Assembly: GCA_964348825.1 (NCBI GenBank)
Contig: CAYGDX010000002.1
Location: 15,489 to 79,488 of the forward strand
Reading direction: 5' to 3'
Length of the DNA: 64,000 nucleotides
DNA from: an uncultured Gammaproteobacteria bacterium
Lineage (GTDB): Bacteria; Patescibacteriota; Patescibacteriia; Veblenbacterales; UBA10138
Made by a program: the position numbers and the translations under genes
The notes under the pieces: model-generated
The model's input: the letters and a program-made list of their open reading frames with translations, nothing else
The model's database searches: none
Told to the model about the DNA's origin: nothing
Part shown: one piece after another, positions 57,270-64,000 of the stretch
How the letters are laid out: each line of letters begins with the position of its first letter
Numbering within the stretch: position 1 is the stretch's first letter

Positions 57270-57532
57270 AAGTGTAAGAAAAAATAATTATTAACGTTAT
57301 AGTAAATGAATGGAGATGAAATTTTACTCTGACTATGGTAGTATACTAGAGAAAGGACCAATAGTCAAACAAATCAAAATTGTTAAATGTCTAATTTCTA
57401 ATAACTAATTTCTAAAAAATTCCAAATCCTAATATCTAAATTTAGAAATTTAAATTTTTAGACATTAGAAATTAGTCATTAGTTATTTTCAACAACTCTT
57501 ATTAAATATTTTATTATTTATTTTAAACCCCT

Positions 57533-58318
57533 ATGGATCTCTCATCTATGTCTCCTACTTCCAAACTTTGGCTGGTAGGTATATTCGTTCTCGCGCTCGG
57601 TGCTTTTGGCTTTAACCAATTGTTTCAAGCTGGCGTGAGTTATAAAAATTTTACCCACTGGCAAAAGCCGGGTAACATTAGTGATACTATTACCGTTACC
57701 GGCGAAGGTAAGGTAACTGCAGTACCTGATATTGGCTTAATTTCCTTCTCGGTTGAAAATAGAGGTGCAAATGTAACTTCCGTACAAACCGAAGGTACTA
57801 AAAAAATGAATGAAATAATCAACTATCTTAAAGCCCAAGATATTGATAAAAAAGATATTCGCACAGTGCAGTATAATTTAAATCCAATTTATACCTATGA
57901 ACAAGCGACTGGTAAACAAAAATTTGACGGTTATCAACTTTCTCAAAGTGTAGAAGTAAAAATGAGAAACTTGGAAAAAATTGGCGCCATTATTGCTGGT
58001 GCCAGCGAGAAAGGTGCCAATCAAATTGGACAATTAACCTTCTCAGTTGACGAACCTGAACAATACCAACAACAAGCCAGAATTGAAGCTATTGCCAAAG
58101 CCAAAGCCAAAGCCGAAGCTATGGCTCGTGCCGCCGGAATTAGCTTAGGTAAGGTAAAATCTTTTTCCGAAAATATAAATTCACCGATGAATTATCCAAT
58201 GATGTACGCTCGCGACGCAGTTGGCACTTTTGGAGCCGAAAAAGCCCCTGCCCCACAAGTTGAAGCTGGCTCACAAGAAGTGGTGGTAAATGTAAGTTTA
58301 AGTTTTGAAATAAACTAG
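57533..58318 (+). CDS. SIMPL-domain (DUF541) protein, paralog, divergent from previous
   Basis: 261 aa. ITVTGEGKVTAVPDIGLISFSV ... QQQARIEAIAKAKAKAEAMA. Confidence 0.65.
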   Translation: MDLSSMSPTSKLWLVGIFVLALGAFGFNQLFQAGVSYKNFTHWQKPGNISDTITVTGEGKVTAVPDIGLISFSVENRGANVTSVQTEGTKKMNEIINYLKAQDIDKKDIRTVQYNLNPIYTYEQATGKQKFDGYQLSQSVEVKMRNLEKIGAIIAGASEKGANQIGQLTFSVDEPEQYQQQARIEAIAKAKAKAEAMARAAGISLGKVKSFSENINSPMNYPMMYARDAVGTFGAEKAPAPQVEAGSQEVVVNVSLSFEIN

Positions 58319-58420
58319 CCACTAGAACACTTCATCATTAAAGCATTAAAACACTTAACCACTGAACATCAAATAACCCCGCACTCATTTGAGTACGGGG
58401 TTAAATTTAACTCCTAAAAA

Positions 58421-59146
58421 CTAATTATTTTTTAACTGGAATCCAAATTTTACCAACATCTTCAGTTTTTCTTTACTAATTGGAAATTCAAAAATTTTAT
58501 GTTCAATATATAATTTTATCTCCCCATAAAATTTCTCTCCCAATAAATCTTTATTATGTTCAATGGCAGATAATTTTGAAGGTAATTGATTTGTTTGAAG
58601 AGTATATATCGAACGCAATATATTAATAAGTAAATGATAGAGTGATTTAAAGTCAGTGGCACCATCAATTTTTACGGCATCTTCCTTAAGCATACCTAAA
58701 ACCGCTTCTCTAAGCTCTTCTTTGGTAACATGTAACCCTAATTCATTAATCGGTTTTCCTATAATTACTAAACCGTATTCTATAAGACAAACAATATTAT
58801 CTGCTGATAAATTACACGGCCCACTATAAAAATTACCATTACTAATTCCAGCACAATGACTTGAAAGGTAATTTTTTTGAAGCATTTTTAAATCAACATA
58901 TTCACCTTCTAGTTTATAGCCAATATCAGAGCTCAATAATTTTTCGTGTAGAACTTTTAATTCTTGCATCTCTTGTTCAACAACCGGGGTTTTAATAATT
59001 ACCAAAAAGTCTATATCACTGGTTACAGTATCCCAATTTCCCATTGCTAAAGAACCAAAAATATAAAATCCAATGAAATTATCTTTCAAAACCGAAGAGA
59101 CTTGCTCGGCAAACTTTTTAATTTCTTCATTTGTTTTTTCATCCAT
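58421..59146 (-). CDS. nucleotidyltransferase-domain protein (ANT/Lnu-like antibiotic nucleotidyltransferase architecture)
   Basis: 241 aa. GFYIFGSLAMGNWDTVTSDIDFLVI is the Pol-beta-type NTase motif (GS ... D.D), followed by a helical C-domain. Confidence 0.5.
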   Translation of the reverse strand: MDEKTNEEIKKFAEQVSSVLKDNFIGFYIFGSLAMGNWDTVTSDIDFLVIIKTPVVEQEMQELKVLHEKLLSSDIGYKLEGEYVDLKMLQKNYLSSHCAGISNGNFYSGPCNLSADNIVCLIEYGLVIIGKPINELGLHVTKEELREAVLGMLKEDAVKIDGATDFKSLYHLLINILRSIYTLQTNQLPSKLSAIEHNKDLLGEKFYGEIKLYIEHKIFEFPISKEKLKMLVKFGFQLKNN

Positions 59147-59166
59147 ATAAATATTGATACTATTTT

Positions 59167-61854
59167 CTACTGACTAACCACTAAACTTCCCTGCATTTTT
59201 TTAACTAATGCCAGTACCGGATACACGGTTAAAGCGGTTGCACTAACTAATAGCCAATCAAATAGTGAGAGTGAGACAATACCCAGCCAACCTTGAAAAG
59301 TCGGTACGGCCATTAAAATCAGTAATAAAATCATCTCTAAAACTATTGACCAATTGAGCCATTTATTATTAAACAAAGAACCGCTCTGTGAACCATGTGG
59401 TCGACGGAAACTATAAGCTTTTACAAAATGGATTAAAATTGTAGAAACAAAAGCTATTGTCATAGCATGAAGTAAAGAGTACTCAGTTATTATCAAACCA
59501 ATAAACAAAGATAAACTTATAATTGTTGACCAAGCTGCGCCGATAAGCATTAACCAAATTGTAGGGCGATCTAAAATCTGTTTGCGTTTGGAATTGACTA
59601 CTTGTTTCATAACATTATTTTCTGCTGGATCAACCGCCAGAGCCAGCGCTGGCGCGCCATCAGTTACTAAATTAATAAATAATAATTGCACAGCCGAAAG
59701 TGGTAAGGGAAAACCCAAAAGCACAGCACCAACTACCAAACCAATCTCACCAATATTAGACGACAAAAGATAAGTTAAATATTTTTTTATATTACTGTAA
59801 ATTACTCGCCCCTCTTCCACGCCGGCTACAATTGAAGCAAAATTATCATCAGTTAAAGTTACGGCCGCGGCTTCACGCGTAACATCGGTACCGGTAATAC
59901 CCATAGCGAGGCCCACATCGGCTCGTTTTAAGGCAGGGGCGTCGTTCACGCCATCACCAGTCATTGCTACAATAAACCCGCGTTTTTGCCACGCTTCAAC
60001 CACCCGCAATTTATGAGTGGGAGATACGCGCGCATAAATTTCAATTTTATCAACTTGATTAAATAATTCTTCGTCACTCATTGCGTCAAGTTCAACACCT
60101 GTTATTATTTGCCCACCATCTATTAAGCCCAATTCACGACCAATACTTTCAGCGGTAATCGGATGGTCGCCCGTAATCATCACTGGTTTTATGCCAGCCG
60201 TACGACAAACTTCAATCGCCGCTTTTACTTCAGGACGCGCCGGATCAATCATACCAACTAATCCTAAAAATACCATTCCTTTTTCGGCTTGATTAATATC
60301 GGCTTCATTTTTCTTTTCCGCTATACCCATTACACGAAGTCCGCGCTTCGCTAATTTTTGTGCAACTTGTAAAATATTATCTCTAACATCATCAGTCAAA
60401 ACCACCTCGCCGTTTATACTTAACCATTTGTCACAGGCCTTTAAAATAATTTCCGGCGCACCTTTAGTGCTCGCTAAAAATCCAACCGAAGTTTTGTGTA
60501 AAGTTGTCATTCGTTTACTTTCGGAAGTAAACGGAATTTCTGACTGCCGTGGATATTCTTGATCTAAAAATTCTTTAAGTAATCCAAATTTAGCGCCAGC
60601 TACTACCAAAGCACCCTCGGTTGGATCACCTTTAATAATAAAACTGCCTTGTTCTTCCACTAATTTAGCATCCGAACAAAGTACCGCGACTTGCAACATC
60701 TCTCGTAAAATCGGATCAGCGGTTAAAGTTTTACCACTATCATCCATAAATGCGCCTTTGGGCTCATAACCCACTCCACCAACTTTTATCTCACGACCAT
60801 CACACCACAAAGCAGACACTGTCATTTCATTGCGAGTGAGTGTACCGGTTTTATCAGTACAAATTACTTGTACACCACCCAAGGCCTCCACCGCTGGTAA
60901 ATGCCGTACCAAAACATTTCGCTTCACCATACGTTGTACGCCGAGTGCTAAAGAAATTGTTACCACCGCTGGTAGGGCTTCGGGCACCGCCGCCACAGCT
61001 AAGGCAATACCAAAAATTAAAGAATCGAATATTTCACGACCTTGCCAAAAACCCAAAACCACCATAATAGCAATTACCACCAAGCTAGCTTGCCCCAGGC
61101 GCGTACTTAATTTGTTTAATGATTTTTGAAGCGGAGTAATACTAACTTCCACTCGTGTTAACATATCGGCAATTTTACCAAATTCAGTTTTATTACCAGT
61201 GGCAACTACACAAGCGAGTCCCCTACCATAAGTAATAATTGTGCCAGCTAACACCAAATTTTGTTTGTCACCCAAAGAAATATTTTCGGCTAAAGTATTG
61301 ATATGTTTTTCGACTGGCACTGATTCACCAGTAAGCGAGGCCTCGTCGGCTTTTAAACTAAACGACTCTACCACCCGAGCATCGGCTGGCACTTTATCGC
61401 CGGCTGTTAAAACTATAATATCACCGGGCACTGCTTCAGCCGCTTTAATTTTTGTTTCTTGAGAAGCGCGAATTACCGTGGCAGTTGGCGCCGCCATTTC
61501 ACCTAAAGCTTCTAGTGATTTTTCAGCGCGCCACTCTTGAATAAAGCCCAGTAAAATAGAAAGAAACACGATAATAGCAATCGCTACCGCCTCGGTGGTG
61601 TGACCAAGTAAACCCGAAACCAAAGCCGCCGCCAGAAGTAGTAAAACTAAAACACTTTTAAATTGCTGAATAAAAATTTTAAAAGCTGAAGTTTTATTTT
61701 TAAATTGTAAAATATTGGGACCGTACTTAGTTAAGCGCGCTGCTACCTCTTCACTACTCAACCCTTGTGGGCTAGTGGATAAAATATCAAAAACCTGCGG
61801 CACTGTTAAAGTGTGCCATTTATTATCTATAGTTGTGGGGGTGCTGTTGGACAT
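59167..61854 (-). CDS. cation-transporting P-type ATPase, P2-type (Ca2+-ATPase-like)
   Basis: 895 aa. PEALP TM4 motif, ICTDKTGTLT, TGDHP, GDGVNDAPALK. Confidence 0.9.
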   Translation of the reverse strand: MSNSTPTTIDNKWHTLTVPQVFDILSTSPQGLSSEEVAARLTKYGPNILQFKNKTSAFKIFIQQFKSVLVLLLLAAALVSGLLGHTTEAVAIAIIVFLSILLGFIQEWRAEKSLEALGEMAAPTATVIRASQETKIKAAEAVPGDIIVLTAGDKVPADARVVESFSLKADEASLTGESVPVEKHINTLAENISLGDKQNLVLAGTIITYGRGLACVVATGNKTEFGKIADMLTRVEVSITPLQKSLNKLSTRLGQASLVVIAIMVVLGFWQGREIFDSLIFGIALAVAAVPEALPAVVTISLALGVQRMVKRNVLVRHLPAVEALGGVQVICTDKTGTLTRNEMTVSALWCDGREIKVGGVGYEPKGAFMDDSGKTLTADPILREMLQVAVLCSDAKLVEEQGSFIIKGDPTEGALVVAGAKFGLLKEFLDQEYPRQSEIPFTSESKRMTTLHKTSVGFLASTKGAPEIILKACDKWLSINGEVVLTDDVRDNILQVAQKLAKRGLRVMGIAEKKNEADINQAEKGMVFLGLVGMIDPARPEVKAAIEVCRTAGIKPVMITGDHPITAESIGRELGLIDGGQIITGVELDAMSDEELFNQVDKIEIYARVSPTHKLRVVEAWQKRGFIVAMTGDGVNDAPALKRADVGLAMGITGTDVTREAAAVTLTDDNFASIVAGVEEGRVIYSNIKKYLTYLLSSNIGEIGLVVGAVLLGFPLPLSAVQLLFINLVTDGAPALALAVDPAENNVMKQVVNSKRKQILDRPTIWLMLIGAAWSTIISLSLFIGLIITEYSLLHAMTIAFVSTILIHFVKAYSFRRPHGSQSGSLFNNKWLNWSIVLEMILLLILMAVPTFQGWLGIVSLSLFDWLLVSATALTVYPVLALVKKMQGSLVVSQ

Positions 61855-61957
61855 AATTATTATTATCGAAAACTACTTAATAAAATCTAATAATTTAAAA
61901 TTTAAATATCAAAATGAAAAATGACAAATCAAAATTTAAAAAGAAACTGTGGAACCG

Positions 61958-62107
61958 TGCCGCCCTGTCGTAGGGTTTGTACAGCGCGCCTGTCTGCCGG
62001 TAGGCAGGGAATCAAACGAGCTTTAGGTCAAGCCGTGTTGTGGTCGCTGTGTATAGGCCTGACCAGATCGTTTGACGAGCACTGTTCAAACCCTATACCT
62101 GCGCGGC
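61958..62107. repeat. GC-rich hairpin repeat, copy 4 (reverse orientation, with ~25-nt insertion)
   Basis: TAGGGTTTGTACAG ... CTGTTCAAACCCTATA terminal inverted ends. The internal insertion CGCCTGTCTGCCGGTAGGCAGGGA resembles the motif upstream of csoR. Confidence 0.75.
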
Positions 62108-62335
62108 GATTTTGTGTTACTTTATAAAAAGTAACAAAATTATAAATATGATTTTAATTTTGATTTAATAAAATCTCACGCCCGACCAATATTCGTCTTC
62201 CTTCCCCTACCCGGCGGGTGAAACGGCACGGCTTTAAAACGCTTCACACCTTCCGCCTGCCGCACTTTAAACGACGATGGCGTACGATACCGCGTTACTT
62301 TACGAATAGTTTTTGATGAATTATCACGCATATTT

Positions 62336-62842
62336 TTATTGATTAATAGTTTTTAAATAATAACGTATTACTTTATCTTGCCCATTGCGAAAATTTGATG
62401 GTTTTAAATTTTTAGCTTTAACAAAATGACACTCATACCATCTTTTACCTTTTTTCTTAGGATCACTATCTTGATGTCGCCAAACCTTGTCTACATTAAT
62501 AGATTTGATTGGCTGACAAATAAAATAAATTTGGCAATCAGTGTAATTTATTTTGGGGGCTTGATATATATTTAGCATCAATGGTCGCACCACTCTAACA
62601 TTCAACCCAGTTTCTTCCTTGATTTCGCGCATTACATTATTTTCTACTGAACCACTGGTTACTCCGCCACGAGTCCACTCTAAATATTTTTCTCTCCTAT
62701 TGCCATAAATCCGCTGATAAACCAAAACATATAAATCATTACCTTTCTTAATTTCCACTACTCCACCTATCTTAAGCTCAAAATTATTAGCTAGCTGATA
62801 ATACAAATTCTGCTTCATAGTTTGATTATAACTAAAAAACAA
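62336..62842 (-). CDS. NUDIX hydrolase
   Basis: 168 aa. Nudix box GGVTSGSVENNVMREIKEETGL. Confidence 0.7.
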   Translation of the reverse strand: MFFSYNQTMKQNLYYQLANNFELKIGGVVEIKKGNDLYVLVYQRIYGNRREKYLEWTRGGVTSGSVENNVMREIKEETGLNVRVVRPLMLNIYQAPKINYTDCQIYFICQPIKSINVDKVWRHQDSDPKKKGKRWYECHFVKAKNLKPSNFRNGQDKVIRYYLKTINQ

Positions 62843-62885
62843 AAAAACAGCGAATTGAAGCTGTTTTGTGTACTTTTTAATGGTG

Positions 62886-63010
62886 GGAACGGTGGGGATC
62901 CTCTTCCCCCAAAATTTAGCAACGCTTTAACGTAAGCTAAATTTTTCCTCCAGATCCTGGGTGTTTAAAAACCTAAAGCAGTTTAGGTTTTTAAACTACC
63001 CTTCGATCCC
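62886..63010. repeat. tRNA-3'-end-linked repeat (tRNA-Lys version)
   Basis: Starts with GGTGGGAACGGTGGGGATC, a copy of the tRNA-Lys 3' end. It continues with CTCTTCCCCCAAAATTTAGCAACGCTTTAACGTAAGC ... and the 15-bp-stem hairpin GTTTAAAAACCTAAAGCAGTTTAGGTTTTTAAAC. Confidence 0.75.
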
Positions 63011-63057
63011 TTTTGAATAAAAATTAGAGAGTATCTTAAAATTAAGATACTCTCTAA

Positions 63058-63133
63058 TGGTGGGAACGGTGGGGATCGAACCCACGACAAACGGCTTAAA
63101 AGGCCGCTGCTCTACCGACTGAGCTACGTTCCC
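63058..63133 (-). tRNA. tRNA-Lys (anticodon UUU), CCA encoded
   Basis: GGGAACGTAGCTCAGTCGGTAGAGCAGCGGCCTTTTAAGCCGT ... GGTTCGATCCCCACCGTTCCCACCA. Followed by a 16-bp perfect hairpin (63026..63057). Confidence 0.85.
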
Positions 63134-63303
63134 AGAACAAGCACTTATGTAAATATAACCTAGATATTTGTTTTAAAATTTAGACCTACTTCCTGTCCGC
63201 CGTAGTTACAACGAAGGCGGAAGCTACGTTCCCAAAACAACCAATAATTAAGCAATAAATAAGATACTACCTAACAATAAATGATTTTAAACTATTTTCC
63301 TAA

Positions 63304-63810
63304 TTATTTCAAGTCCAATAACTTAAATAGCAACTCCCGCGCGGTTTCAACGTCCGCCAGCGCCCGATGCGCCGTGGATTGCGGGATGTTGAAATGTTTG
63401 GCTAAATACCCCAGCGCGTAGCTCGCGATATTAACTTTTTGCCGTGCCAATTCTAAAGTATCAAGCAAAGGATTAGTTAAAGCGGGTAATCCTAAATCAC
63501 GCAAATGCTTATTGATAAAACCTAAATCAAATTTAATATTATGCGCCACCAAAGTCGCACCTTCACTAAATAAAACAAACGACGGTATTACTTCAATTAG
63601 TGACTTACCTTCTTTTTTAATTATTTCATTGGAAATGCCGTGCACCGCCGCGGCACCCGCCTCCACCGAGCGCCCCGGATTCACAATTGTATCAAAACTT
63701 TCTATTACATCCCTACCGCGTACGCGCTGTGCCGCGAGCTCCACAATGGCGTGACCATCCTCTGGTTTTAAACCGGTGGTCTCCACATCAAAAATTACAA
63801 AGTCAGTCAT
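63304..63810 (-). CDS. dnaQ: DEDDh 3'-5' exonuclease (DNA polymerase III epsilon-like)
   Basis: 168 aa. Exo I motif FVIFDVETTGL, Exo II LVAHNIKFDLGFI, Exo III H ... ALADV. Confidence 0.75.
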   Translation of the reverse strand: MTDFVIFDVETTGLKPEDGHAIVELAAQRVRGRDVIESFDTIVNPGRSVEAGAAAVHGISNEIIKKEGKSLIEVIPSFVLFSEGATLVAHNIKFDLGFINKHLRDLGLPALTNPLLDTLELARQKVNIASYALGYLAKHFNIPQSTAHRALADVETARELLFKLLDLK

Positions 63811-64000
63811 AATAAATTTTTACTTCTAACCGTATCTGATTCGTATTTATCAAAATCTTCCTTACTTACATTTAGCTCAATAAACACTATATCAGTTAAG
63901 GCTTTAAATGAATGGTAAATATAAGGAGGTATCTCAATTTTAATACCAGATTCAACTATATACTTCTCTTCTACGCCGCTACTAAGATCTTTTAAATACA
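63807..64000 (-). CDS. hypothetical protein, C-terminal part (gene starts beyond window end)
   Basis: Open frame to the window edge. Its stop overlaps the dnaQ start (ATGA). Confidence 0.35.
   Translation of the reverse strand, partial: YLKDLSSGVEEKYIVESGIKIEIPPYIYHSFKALTDIVFIELNVSKEDFDKYESDTVRSKNLL

Noticed and set aside
57167-57361. 64-aa minus-strand ORF
   Set aside because: It overlaps the start of the SIMPL gene and the AT-word promoter region, and its composition is low-complexity.

Overview
This is an AT-rich, densely coded bacterial chromosomal window in which almost every gene is on the minus strand. The gene content and style are consistent with a small-genome, Patescibacteria/CPR-like organism, but that is inference from the sequence alone.

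Housekeeping genes identified:
- rarA and uppS
- rpmG inside a tRNA cluster (Trp, Thr, Tyr, Thr)
- fba and tpiA
- scpA and scpB
- aspS next to an asnS-like gene
- greA, an HU gene and a dnaQ-like exonuclease
- a csoR-copA copper operon with an HMA/cupredoxin membrane fusion protein
- two further P-type ATPases
- tRNA-Pro, tRNA-Asn and tRNA-Lys

Features that stand out:
1. A roughly 5 kb AT-richer island (about 15.1-20.2 kb) carries three co-directional genes that look like a defence system. They encode a 734-aa array of about ten zinc-ribbon repeats around a DUF559/Vsr-like PD-(D/E)xK endonuclease core, a 494-aa Mrr-type restriction-endonuclease domain fused to an unknown roughly 300-aa domain, and a 244-aa protein with an Rx4H (HEPN-like) motif. 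A GC-rich structured 240-nt spacer and a repeated GGGGCATTCACC motif lie between the genes. I cannot match this cluster to a named defence system.
2. A 928-aa secreted protein fuses an L-type lectin domain to an LCAT/PGAP1-like lipase domain (GHSLGG motif).
3. A GC-rich hairpin repeat of about 150 bp occurs in four intergenic copies with compensatory stem substitutions.
4. A repeat family tied to tRNA 3' ends lies next to tRNA-Trp and tRNA-Lys and includes an isolated GC-rich insert.
5. Several families of short intergenic palindromes and AT-word repeats are present, one of which brackets a ridA-family gene.
6. The plus-strand cassette includes a protein with a PEP-synthase-type ATP-grasp N-domain and a cyclopropane-fatty-acid-synthase-family methyltransferase.
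7. A CsoR-operator-like GC palindrome is shared by the csoR-copA promoter and the upstream region of a Ca-type P-type ATPase.

All domain calls come from motif recognition by eye; no database search was possible.
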